Below are positions 1-8,126 of a stretch of 28,710 bases of DNA, one piece after another. The DNA comes from a virus (Duplodnaviria > Caudoviricetes): the IMG/VR virus record IMGVR_UViG_3300037851_000004, positions 1 to 28,710 of that record; one strand, 5' to 3'. The position numbers and the translations under genes are program-made. The notes beneath the pieces are model-generated. The model did no database searches. It was not told where the DNA came from and saw only the letters and a program-made list of their open reading frames with translations. Position 1 is the first letter of the stretch; every line of letters starts with the position of its first letter.

Positions 1-2
1 AA

Positions 3-197
3 GGCGCAAAGCCTTTGAAAAATGAAATGGACGAATTCTTGAAAGGCGATAACGACCTCAGCTTGTTGGAAGACAAGGCGGCTTATATGGAAGTCATTGT
101 TCAAACATTAGAGCAAATCATTCGTAGTATCAACAGTCGAGGCTATGACCTTCGTACTCTGTTAGATGCTAAGAAGTTCTACAGCGGACTTAACTAG
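3..197 (+). CDS. uvsY: Recombination mediator UvsY, C-terminal part (5' truncated by window edge)
   Basis: The frame is open from position 3 (GAKPLKNEMDEFLKGDNDL...SINSRGYDLRTLLDAKKFYSG). This is a typical UvsY C-terminus, and its stop overlaps the uvsW start as in T4-like phages. Confidence 0.85.
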   Translation, partial: GAKPLKNEMDEFLKGDNDLSLLEDKAAYMEVIVQTLEQIIRSINSRGYDLRTLLDAKKFYSGLN

Positions 198-1720
198 TGG
201 AAGAAGTAATCAAAGTTTGGAAAGCTAACCACGCCTTCATCAAGGTCGATTGCTCACCTTCTATTGCGATGGAACTTCATGAGTATTTCAGCTTTGAGGC
301 TCCTGGTGCAAAGTTCATGCCTACATACAAGGCGAGGGTGTGGGATGGAAAGATTCGCTTGTTTGGTTTGCTGACAAAGGAGCTTTATTCTGGACTCTAT
401 CTCCATCTGCACGAATTCTGCAAGGCAAGAAACTATAGGTTAGAAAAACTAGAGTCAGAGTATGGGTTGCCTTTGCAAACGCACTCAATCAAAGAGAATA
501 CTCTAGAAGCGTTTATCAAAGCCTTGAAGCTTACTGACGCGAATGCGCAGCCACTTGAAGTCTATAGCCACCAATTTGAGGCCATTTTCAAAGGACTTCG
601 CCATAAGAACAAGCTATTTCTTTCACCAACCGCTTCAGGTAAGTCACTAATCATTTATGTTATGACTCGCTACTTGCGAGCTTTGTTCAAGCACAAAGAA
701 GAGGCTGGAAACATCCTAATTGTTGTTCCAACTCTGGGTCTGTTAACACAGATGTATAATGACTTCAAGGAATACTCTCAGGCTAATGGCTGGCCCGTGG
801 ATAAGTTTGTATCAAAAATACAAGCTGGGTTGCCAAAAGATCCTCCGACCCCCATCGTGATTTCAACTTGGCAAGGTATCTACTCTCAACCTAAGGCATT
901 TTTCCAACGATATAGGGTTGTTATTGGTGACGAAGCGCATCAATACAAAGCCAAATCGTTGATCGCTATCATGACGAAGGCGACAGAGGCGGAATGGAGG
1001 ATAGGCACAACAGGGACTCTTGACGGGATTGAAACTAACAAGTTAGTATTGCAAGGACTGTTTGGTTCTGTTCAGCAGGTTGCAACAACTAAGGAGCTGC
1101 AAGAATTGGGCGTACTGTCTAAACTCAGCATCAAGTGTATCGTCTTGAAATACTCCGATGCTGATAGAACTTCAATGAGTGGTAAGGACTATCAAGAAGA
1201 AATCAAGTTCCTTATAGGGAACGAAAAGCGAAACAAGTTTATCCGCAATCTAGCTTTGAGTCAGAAGGCAAACACACTGGTCTTGTTCAGTAGAGTTGGT
1301 TCGCATGGCGCAATCCTATCAGAAATGATTAAGACGAAGGCAGCTACTGGACGCAAGGTCTTTTTTGTGCATGGGCAGGTAGATGCCGATGAGCGTGAAG
1401 CTGTTCGTCAGATTACCGAAAAAGAGGCAAATGCTATTATTGTTGCTAGCTACGGTACTTTTTCTACAGGCATAAATATTAAGAATCTACACTCAGTTAT
1501 TTTCGCTTCTCCATCTAAAAGTAAGATCCGCAATCTTCAATCAATCGGACGAGGGTTGCGCGTGACAGATGGCAAGGATTCGTGTACACTATACGATATA
1601 GCAGACGATCTACAGACTAAGAAAAGAGTCAACTTTGCCATTAAGCATTTGGTGGAACGAATCGAAATTTATAATCAAGAGAATTTCGATTTTAACATCG
1701 TAGAAGTTCCATTCGCATAG
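197..1720 (+). CDS. uvsW: SF2 DNA/RNA-DNA helicase UvsW
   Basis: Motifs SPTASGKS (Walker A), DEAH, GTTGT, ASYGTFSTGINI and QSIGRGLR. The N-terminal YFSFEAPGAKFMP..WDGKIRLF segment is typical of UvsW. 507 aa, GTG start. Confidence 0.95.
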   Translation: MEEVIKVWKANHAFIKVDCSPSIAMELHEYFSFEAPGAKFMPTYKARVWDGKIRLFGLLTKELYSGLYLHLHEFCKARNYRLEKLESEYGLPLQTHSIKENTLEAFIKALKLTDANAQPLEVYSHQFEAIFKGLRHKNKLFLSPTASGKSLIIYVMTRYLRALFKHKEEAGNILIVVPTLGLLTQMYNDFKEYSQANGWPVDKFVSKIQAGLPKDPPTPIVISTWQGIYSQPKAFFQRYRVVIGDEAHQYKAKSLIAIMTKATEAEWRIGTTGTLDGIETNKLVLQGLFGSVQQVATTKELQELGVLSKLSIKCIVLKYSDADRTSMSGKDYQEEIKFLIGNEKRNKFIRNLALSQKANTLVLFSRVGSHGAILSEMIKTKAATGRKVFFVHGQVDADEREAVRQITEKEANAIIVASYGTFSTGINIKNLHSVIFASPSKSKIRNLQSIGRGLRVTDGKDSCTLYDIADDLQTKKRVNFAIKHLVERIEIYNQENFDFNIVEVPFA

Positions 1721-1728
1721 GAATAGTT

Positions 1729-2310
1729 ATGGACATGCAATCAATATTCCGAAACGCAGACTACATCTACTATGTGAAGCTAATCAATGGAGATTCGTTA
1801 ATTGGTAAATCCGACGATTCTGAGGATGTTATCAATGAGCATGGTGCTGTTGTTTTGTTTGATGTGATGAAAACTGTTATGCGCATTGTTGCTCATGATA
1901 ACGGACAGATTAGCGAAATTATGACGCTTTCGCCATGGTTGGATGCTTGTGAATTGTCCACTCCTGTCTCTCTGGCGATTGAATCAATCGTGGCGATTGC
2001 TGCGGCAAAGGCAGACGTTGCCCGAAAGTATTCGGCCTACGTGCTTGCGCAGAGTATTAAAGAGGCCTCGCGCGGAGATGAAGAACGGCATGCGGCAGAA
2101 AGAGCCGTAGCGGCGGCTAATGCCGCTGCCAAGCAGCAACACGAATCTTCTGAATTGGAAGAGGACTACGCAGAACCACGCAAGCCGGAACTACTGTCGC
2201 GTGAGCGTATGATGGAAGCTGAAATGGACGGGGACATTGAAGATATCCCCGAAGAAGTGCATGAAGAAAAGCAGCCGCATTATCGCGTTGGAAATGTCAC
2301 ATATCATTGA
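1729..2310 (+). CDS. Conserved T4-like phage hypothetical protein, probable Sm-like N-terminal domain with acidic tail
   Basis: GGA upstream of the ATG. Pattern VKLINGDSLIG...LSPW...IVAIA. Sits between uvsW and gp55. Confidence 0.7.
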   Translation: MDMQSIFRNADYIYYVKLINGDSLIGKSDDSEDVINEHGAVVLFDVMKTVMRIVAHDNGQISEIMTLSPWLDACELSTPVSLAIESIVAIAAAKADVARKYSAYVLAQSIKEASRGDEERHAAERAVAAANAAAKQQHESSELEEDYAEPRKPELLSRERMMEAEMDGDIEDIPEEVHEEKQPHYRVGNVTYH

Positions 2311-2372
2311 CCACCAACCCGCCCAGGTAATAACTAAGTTACTTGGCTTTCAACCTTGCTTCCGACAAGAGC

Positions 2373-2401
2373 ATTATAGTCGGTTAATTCAATTTTGTCA
2401 A
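2373..2401 (-). promoter_or_regulatory. Perfect sigma70-type promoter on the minus strand (TTGACA-17-TATAAT)
   Basis: On the + strand, ATTATA is at 2373-2378 and TGTCAA at 2396-2401, with a 17-nt spacer. The site is intergenic and reads GCTTGACA like the promoters at 13259 and 15860. Confidence 0.8.
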
Positions 2402-2424
2402 GCCTTATTTTAAGGGAATTTGTT

Positions 2425-2988
2425 ATGAGTAAAGCACCAGTTCATCATTACGTTGATAATGTGCGGTTCTACGAAGCCATGAAAGAGTATAAGGCAAAGG
2501 TTGAAATAGCCAAAAAGGCGGGACTCAAACGAGACGATCCAGGTTGGCCCGTAGTTACAGAGTACATTGGAGAGTGTTTCCTCAAGATTGCAAAGCACTT
2601 AGCGTTTAAGGCGAATTTCATCAACTACTCGTTCCGCGATGAAATGATTTCAGATGGGATTGAAAACTGTCTGCGCTATGCGGACAATTTCGATGAAACC
2701 AAATATAAAAATCCGTTTGCGTACTTCACCCAAATTGTTTACTTTGCGTTTGTTAGGAGAATTCAAGCCGAGAAGAAGGAGTTAAAGCGCAAGTATAGGT
2801 ATATTATGAGTCTAGACATTCATGATCTAATCACACAAGGTCAGGATGAGGGGGAATTTGCAAACGAGTTCCTTAAGTATCTCCAAGATCAGGTTGATCT
2901 TGGTGGGGTGGTCGATGACGAAAAGAAGCCGATCAAGAAGGCCAAAAAAGCGGTGAAAAGGCGCGTGGCGACGATCGATGAGATTTGA
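2425..2988 (+). CDS. gp55: Late-transcription sigma factor gp55
   Basis: HYVDN..FYEAM, YIGECFLKIA..LA.K.NF.NYSFRDEMISDGIENC, NPFAYFTQIVYFAFVRRIQ.EKK are diagnostic gp55 segments. ATG at 2425 follows AAGGGA. Confidence 0.95.
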   Translation: MSKAPVHHYVDNVRFYEAMKEYKAKVEIAKKAGLKRDDPGWPVVTEYIGECFLKIAKHLAFKANFINYSFRDEMISDGIENCLRYADNFDETKYKNPFAYFTQIVYFAFVRRIQAEKKELKRKYRYIMSLDIHDLITQGQDEGEFANEFLKYLQDQVDLGGVVDDEKKPIKKAKKAVKRRVATIDEI

Positions 2989-2989
2989 C

Positions 2990-3196
2990 ATGAGAGCATT
3001 GATGTGTCCGTATTGTAAGGACGTTGTTTTGCTTGAGGGCTTTTCGCAGCATATTTCGATAGCCCACGACGCGCCAAATGTGCCTAATGAGGTAACGGAG
3101 GAATGGTTGTCTAGCCGTTATAGCGTACTGGGCGGTGTCTTGTTCGGAGAATTAGACGATAACGAGAGATTTAAACCTGAGTTGACGAAAGCCTGA
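2990..3196 (+). CDS. Small hypothetical protein with C2H2-like zinc finger
   Basis: CPYC-x12-H-x4-H pattern (CPYCKDVVLLEGFSQHISIAH). It fills the gap after gp55. The start could be 2978 or 2990. Confidence 0.6.
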   Translation: MRALMCPYCKDVVLLEGFSQHISIAHDAPNVPNEVTEEWLSSRYSVLGGVLFGELDDNERFKPELTKA

Positions 3197-3210
3197 AATA
3201 CCTATATACT
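3182..3210 (+). promoter_or_regulatory. sigma70-type promoter for the deazaguanine operon (TTGACG-17-TATACT)
   Basis: TTGACG at 3182-3187, 17-nt spacer, TATACT at 3205-3210. It lies 26 nt before the queE ATG, which has a GGAG SD. Confidence 0.75.
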
Positions 3211-3236
3211 ATACCATTATTCTGTGGAGAAGGCGA

Positions 3237-4103
3237 ATGTCAAAGATAAAGGTAAGTGAGCTTTTCTATAGTTTGCAGGGCGAGGGACGATATCAAGGCG
3301 TCCCGTCCATTTTTCTACGCACGTTCGGCTGCAACTTCACTTGCGGCGGCTTCGGCATGCCCAAAGGCCAGAAGTCGGAGGAACGTCTTGCAGTAGATCC
3401 AACGAAGTATACTGATTACAAGCAACTGCCGTTAGTCAAGACGGGGTGTGACTCTTATGCCTCTTGGGATCCGCGGTTCAAGCATCTGTCGCCGTTCATG
3501 ACTGATGAAGAAATCTCTGCTCGTTGCACGGAGTTGATGGGTATGAATAGGTGGGGTCCCGTGCACCTTGTCATTACGGGTGGTGAGCCGCTACTGCCTG
3601 GTTGGCAGAAACAATATCCAGAATTGCTTGACCGTCTCGTAGATGACGGGCTGACACATTTGACGTTTGAAACAAATGGAACGCAACGTCTTACGGAGGA
3701 ACTCGACGATTGGTTTTCGAATTACGCGAGCTGTCTTGAAGTTACCTTCAGCGTAAGTCCAAAACTAACTGCATCAGGTGAAGATATCAAAGAAGCAATC
3801 AATCTAGATGCTGTTGACGACTACTATATGGTGGCTTGCGCTGGTCGAACGAACCACGCCTCACAACTCTATTTCAAGTTTGTCGTTGAGACAGAGGAGC
3901 ATGTGTATGAGGTCAACGAAGTCATGCGTGAGTATTCGCGGATGCTGGGGCCTCATTGCCCTGTCTATCTGATGCCAGTTGGTGGTACGGGCGATCTATA
4001 CTACGTCAACAACGTTAAGGTTGCAGAGTTGGCGATGAAGTATGGGTATAGGTATAGTCCACGCCTACAAGTGGATTTGTGGAAGAATGCGTGGGGGACG
4101 TAA
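3237..4103 (+). CDS. queE: 7-carboxy-7-deazaguanine synthase QueE (radical SAM)
   Basis: ELFYSLQGEG, FLRTFGCNFTC...GCDS, VITGGEP, ETNGT, VSPKL, YFKFVV, YLMP and YSPRLQVDLW. Clustered with folE and queD. Confidence 0.93.
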   Translation: MSKIKVSELFYSLQGEGRYQGVPSIFLRTFGCNFTCGGFGMPKGQKSEERLAVDPTKYTDYKQLPLVKTGCDSYASWDPRFKHLSPFMTDEEISARCTELMGMNRWGPVHLVITGGEPLLPGWQKQYPELLDRLVDDGLTHLTFETNGTQRLTEELDDWFSNYASCLEVTFSVSPKLTASGEDIKEAINLDAVDDYYMVACAGRTNHASQLYFKFVVETEEHVYEVNEVMREYSRMLGPHCPVYLMPVGGTGDLYYVNNVKVAELAMKYGYRYSPRLQVDLWKNAWGT

Positions 4104-4777
4104 TGAGCAAATTTGATCCTATTCTTGGCAAAGCAGTACGGGAACACCTCATCAGCAAGGGTGTGGAAACCCCTATGGTGGAGTATGGTGGTGAAGGCAC
4201 TGGTGGGCTAGCCCCCGAACAACAGATCACAGTAATCGAAGATCATTTTAAGCAGATCATGCGCGTGCTTAATCTAGACCTCCGCGACGACTCATTAGCA
4301 GACACACCAAAGCGAGTAGCGAAGATGTATGTCAATGAGATTTTTTCGGGCCTTAGCTACCACACATTTCCCAAATGTACCGCAGTAGAAAACAAAATGG
4401 GATATGATGAAATGGTGATTGAGAAGGACATCACCTGTATTTCAGCGTGCGAACATCATTTTGTGACCATCGATCAGATTTGTCATATCGCATATGTGCC
4501 TAACAAGAAGGTTCTGGGCCTGTCAAAACTCAATCGTATAGCAAAATATTTTGCCCAACGTCCACAGATTCAAGAGCGATTTGTTGAGCAGGTCTATCAT
4601 GCCTTGCAGTACATTCTACAGACCGACAACATTGCTGTTGTTGCTGAAGGCCGCCACTATTGCGTAGCGCAGCGTGGTGTCGAAGATCAAACCTCGCGCA
4701 CGATTACGTCGAAGCTGGGTGGCGGGTTCAAAACAGACCCTGCATTGCGTGCAGAATTCATGAGCCTCATTAGATGA
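4103..4777 (+). CDS. folE: GTP cyclohydrolase I
   Basis: DTPKRVAKMY, SACEHHF, GLSKLNR, QIQER and HYCVAQRGV motifs. ATG at 4103 overlaps the queE stop (TAATG). Confidence 0.96.
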   Translation: MSKFDPILGKAVREHLISKGVETPMVEYGGEGTGGLAPEQQITVIEDHFKQIMRVLNLDLRDDSLADTPKRVAKMYVNEIFSGLSYHTFPKCTAVENKMGYDEMVIEKDITCISACEHHFVTIDQICHIAYVPNKKVLGLSKLNRIAKYFAQRPQIQERFVEQVYHALQYILQTDNIAVVAEGRHYCVAQRGVEDQTSRTITSKLGGGFKTDPALRAEFMSLIR

Positions 4778-4965
4778 AACTGAAGCGTTTTCATTGGTTG
4801 CCTAAGAAGTACCAAAGAAACCCTGTAGCAGGTTCTGTCCTCGCCAAAGACCTTGACGAGGTTAAGACTGTGCTAGCAAACGATTTACCTCACCTGAGTC
4901 TGTGGACATGGGATGAGGAAAAGGAAGGTTGGAAACTAGAACATGGCGAAGAACCCGAAGCTTGA
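4774..4965 (+). CDS. Small hypothetical protein (63 aa, Trp-rich)
   Basis: ATGA overlap with the folE stop. It fills the gap to the next gene within the operon. Confidence 0.6.
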   Translation: MKLKRFHWLPKKYQRNPVAGSVLAKDLDEVKTVLANDLPHLSLWTWDEEKEGWKLEHGEEPEA

Positions 4966-6217
4966 ATATGTGGCGAGCGGTTGCAACTACACAAGGTTAC
5001 CAAATCCAGGCGCATACGAACTGCCCGATAATCTTCGTTTCATTGAAGCAGTATTTCGCGCCCTTCAAACCATAGACGGCAAAGACAATCACAAGTTTTC
5101 GCTGTTGTACAACGCATACACCGAGAAGCACTTTGGTGTAGCATTCAAAAAGCACTATCGTTCTTGGCTGCATTCCATCCATGCAGACTCTGGTGGGTTG
5201 CAGATGGTGACTCGCGGTCAGACACCTACATCCCAACTAAAAACAGAGGTGTATAAGTCCCAAGCAAGGGATTCTGACATTGCAATGTCATTCGATGAAA
5301 TCCCAATCTTCATTGCTGGGTCTAGGTCGCTGCGTCTAGACATGAAGAATAGGTACTTTGACCCAGACCGCTTTATAGAAACGGCTACTGTGACGGGAAA
5401 GAATCTAGCGGAGCAGCTAGAATACTTCGCAAAGCACAAGTCAGCCACCAAACCTTTGTTCATTGCACAGGGCAACTGTCTTGAGTCATACCAGCAATGG
5501 ACTGAAGTAGCATTCAAGCAAGTTCCAAAAGAGTTGCAGACCAACATTGGTGGTGTTGCTATGGGTGGTGCTGCGTTAGGGAACGCAATGCTTGAGGACG
5601 TTAAGCGAGCATTTTATTTTTCGCAGCTTCCTGTAGATCATTCACACCTGCACTTGCTTGGTGTGGGTTCTGTATCTCGGCTGCTGCCTACGCTAATCTT
5701 TGCACAGAATGGCATCTATGGAGAGGAACTTTGGATATCTTATGATTCAAGCACTCATACATCGGGCCCAGAAATGGGCCGTTACTATCTGGGCGAAAAG
5801 ACTATCAATTTTGGCAAGGCCCGTACAAATATCTACGATATCATATATGAAGATATCCGAAACAACTTCGGAGATGTTTTGGACTTCGGTGTCGATAGAC
5901 TCCACGACGCACTTACTTGTGGAGGGTACGTTAATGCCCAGAACAAATTTGGCTCTACTAAGGAAGCCGTTCAAGCATTTGTGGCCCTATTTGCCGCGTC
6001 AGTGGCTAATTTCATCCGACACGCAAATTCTGTTGCCGAATCCAAAGAAAAACTGTTGGGTTCTGTTGAAGGAATAATACGCAATGCGTTGAGTAATTTG
6101 TATGATGTAAAGACGACGATAGACTTTAGGCATTGGGAATCTCAGATTGGAAGAAGTCTTCCGTCTAATCCAGTACGCATCAAAGCAACGTCTACTGTTG
6201 ACTCTCTTTTTGATTGA
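4943..6217 (+). CDS. dpdA: TGT-fold guanine transglycosylase, DpdA-like (probable 7-deazaguanine DNA insertion enzyme)
   Basis: TGT/DpdA motifs HADSGGLQ, MSFDEIP, FIAQG, HLHLLGVGS and ISYDSSTH. Embedded among folE, queE and queD. Confidence 0.78.
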   Translation: MAKNPKLEYVASGCNYTRLPNPGAYELPDNLRFIEAVFRALQTIDGKDNHKFSLLYNAYTEKHFGVAFKKHYRSWLHSIHADSGGLQMVTRGQTPTSQLKTEVYKSQARDSDIAMSFDEIPIFIAGSRSLRLDMKNRYFDPDRFIETATVTGKNLAEQLEYFAKHKSATKPLFIAQGNCLESYQQWTEVAFKQVPKELQTNIGGVAMGGAALGNAMLEDVKRAFYFSQLPVDHSHLHLLGVGSVSRLLPTLIFAQNGIYGEELWISYDSSTHTSGPEMGRYYLGEKTINFGKARTNIYDIIYEDIRNNFGDVLDFGVDRLHDALTCGGYVNAQNKFGSTKEAVQAFVALFAASVANFIRHANSVAESKEKLLGSVEGIIRNALSNLYDVKTTIDFRHWESQIGRSLPSNPVRIKATSTVDSLFD

Positions 6218-6224
6218 GGATATC

Positions 6225-6617
6225 ATGCACTACAAAGTAAACAAGACAATATTTGTTACCTTTCAAAAGGAAGGTATTCATTGCTATCCAGAAGCGTTGA
6301 CGAATCCAGACCTAACCGACGTTTCATTTCTCGGGCATCCTCATCGGCATATCTTCCATTTCAGAGTTACGATTGAGGTGATGCACGACAACCGAGATAT
6401 TGAATTCATCCAATTCAAGCGATGGCTTGAAGGCCTCTACGAAAAGGGGCCAGATGGTCGGGCGACTCTTAGCTTGAACAATGCATCGTGCGAAATGTTG
6501 GCGGAGGAATTGATTGGTAAGATCCACCACAGATATCAAAAGCGTAGCGTTACTGTTGAGGTTTCGGAAGATGGTGAGAACGGCGCGACAGTCGCATATG
6601 AAATGGTGTTAGCATGA
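6225..6617 (+). CDS. dpdL: QueD-paralog T-fold protein, DpdL-like (putative CDG decarboxylase)
   Basis: LGHPHRHIF matches LxxxHRHxF instead of the QueD CxxxHGH, followed by SCEMLAE and VEVSEDGENGA. ATG at 6225 follows GAGGA. A true queD is present separately. The DpdL signature is recalled, not searched. Confidence 0.68.
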   Translation: MHYKVNKTIFVTFQKEGIHCYPEALTNPDLTDVSFLGHPHRHIFHFRVTIEVMHDNRDIEFIQFKRWLEGLYEKGPDGRATLSLNNASCEMLAEELIGKIHHRYQKRSVTVEVSEDGENGATVAYEMVLA

Positions 6618-7774
6618 GAAAGACTTGTTGGCATGTCGCATTAGAACCAATCCCCTCGCGCTATAGCGAGCAGTGGTTGCAGTGCATCAATAGGGAGTTT
6701 TTGACATACGCAAAGGCCTATACTACCGATGACTGGTCGATGAACGATATTCTTGGTGAGTCCATTCCGAATGGTGTGACTTCTGGTGGGTTCTTAAATT
6801 TTGCAGCGACCAATGCATGGAAAGCTTCGCAGATTATCAAGTTGTCGCATATGTTTAGCCAGGGTTATATCCAGCCAAACGATGTATTCCTCTTTACAGA
6901 TGCATGGAATCCTGCTATATTGAACGTCAAATATATGGCAGATACTTTGGGGATTCCTATCCACATTGTGAGCTATTGGCATGCAGGCAGTTATGACATT
7001 TGGGATACGCTTGGCTACAAAGTGGAAGAGGCAAATGGCAATAGGAATTGGTCTATTGCTGCTGAGAAGTCTTTTTACGAAGCTTCGAATGTCAATCTAT
7101 TCGCTACAGAGTACCATGCCAAGTTTTTCATGAAGCATTGCCTGGGGTGGAACGATAGGACAATCAAGATCATTTCGGTGTCCGGGTTAAGGCATCCAGA
7201 CGAGAAGATTTGTGTTTCGGGCCAACCGCACTACGAGATTTTGGAGTGGTTCAAGCAATATCGGGATATCGATCAAACGCCGAAAGAGAACATCGTTTTG
7301 TTCCCACATCGGCTGTGTAAGGAGAAGCAACCTGAAATCTTTGATGAGTTGGCAAGGAGAAATCCGCAATTTAAGTTTCTGCGCACTCAGGACTTGAATC
7401 TCTCAAAGAGCGATTACTATGATTTGCTATTGCGCACTAAGGTAGTGTTCTCCGCAGCACAACACGAAATGCTTGGTATCTCTCAGATGGAGGCCACTCT
7501 AGCAAGGGCTATTCCAATGATGCCTGATCGTCTTTCCTATTCAGAGATGTTCGACAAAGAATTTCTCTATCCATCTGAATGGTCGATGCCTGGTACAATA
7601 GATATTGATGCGCTTGATTTACGTTTGAATGCGATGATGAATATCGATCCTTACTCAAAAGAGTGGGCAGCAAAACTACGTCAACAGCGGATTCGGTTAG
7701 AGGAGTATTTCTTGACAAGCCGGCCGATGTGGCGTGCTATTATTAAGGATGAGGATAAACATGTTCGTGCATAA
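6614..7774 (+). CDS. GT-B glycosyltransferase (GT4-like; resembles GTDC1/QTMAN family)
   Basis: C-terminal domain has VLFPHRLCKEKQPEIF and VVFSAAQHEMLGISQMEA..ARAIPMMPDRLSYSEMF (ExxGxxxxEA motif). ATGA-coupled to the previous gene. Confidence 0.82.
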   Translation: MRKTCWHVALEPIPSRYSEQWLQCINREFLTYAKAYTTDDWSMNDILGESIPNGVTSGGFLNFAATNAWKASQIIKLSHMFSQGYIQPNDVFLFTDAWNPAILNVKYMADTLGIPIHIVSYWHAGSYDIWDTLGYKVEEANGNRNWSIAAEKSFYEASNVNLFATEYHAKFFMKHCLGWNDRTIKIISVSGLRHPDEKICVSGQPHYEILEWFKQYRDIDQTPKENIVLFPHRLCKEKQPEIFDELARRNPQFKFLRTQDLNLSKSDYYDLLLRTKVVFSAAQHEMLGISQMEATLARAIPMMPDRLSYSEMFDKEFLYPSEWSMPGTIDIDALDLRLNAMMNIDPYSKEWAAKLRQQRIRLEEYFLTSRPMWRAIIKDEDKHVRA

Positions 7775-8126
7775 ACCATGGGGGTTCTACGTTGATATGA
7801 TGGAAGGCACCTCACCTAGCTTTGATTTCAAATGGAAGGTTAAGGAGATCATCGTCAATCCAGGACGCAAGCTATCGTTGCAACGTCATGCAAAACGCGA
7901 TGAGTTTTGGGTAATCATATATGGGAATGGTATTTTGACGGATCAAGACGGTAAGGAGGTCGCGTTGGTCCCGGGCATGCCTGTGTATGTTCCTGCAGGT
8001 AAGGTGCATCGTATTGCAAATCAGGCATATTGGCCACTTAAACTAATCGAAGTACAGGTTGGCGTTGCGTGTGACGAAGAGGACATTGAACGTCTGGCAG
8101 ATGATTATGGGAGAGCAAATGGGTAA
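7761..8126 (+). CDS. Cupin protein, mannose-6-phosphate isomerase type II (ManC C-terminal)-like
   Basis: KPWG.Y, KVKEI.VNPG.KLSLQRH.KRDEFWVI..G, YVPAG.VHRIAN and LIEVQVG..C.EEDIERL.DDYGR. ATG at 7761 follows GAGGA. Confidence 0.88.
   Translation: MFVHKPWGFYVDMMEGTSPSFDFKWKVKEIIVNPGRKLSLQRHAKRDEFWVIIYGNGILTDQDGKEVALVPGMPVYVPAGKVHRIANQAYWPLKLIEVQVGVACDEEDIERLADDYGRANG

Noticed and set aside
1471-1478. Late-promoter-like CATAAATA (also AATAAATA at 10924, CTAAATA at 19843, CATAAATA at 28469)
   Set aside because: All lie inside coding sequence, several within conserved protein motifs, and none is an exact TATAAATA. They cannot be supported without transcript data.
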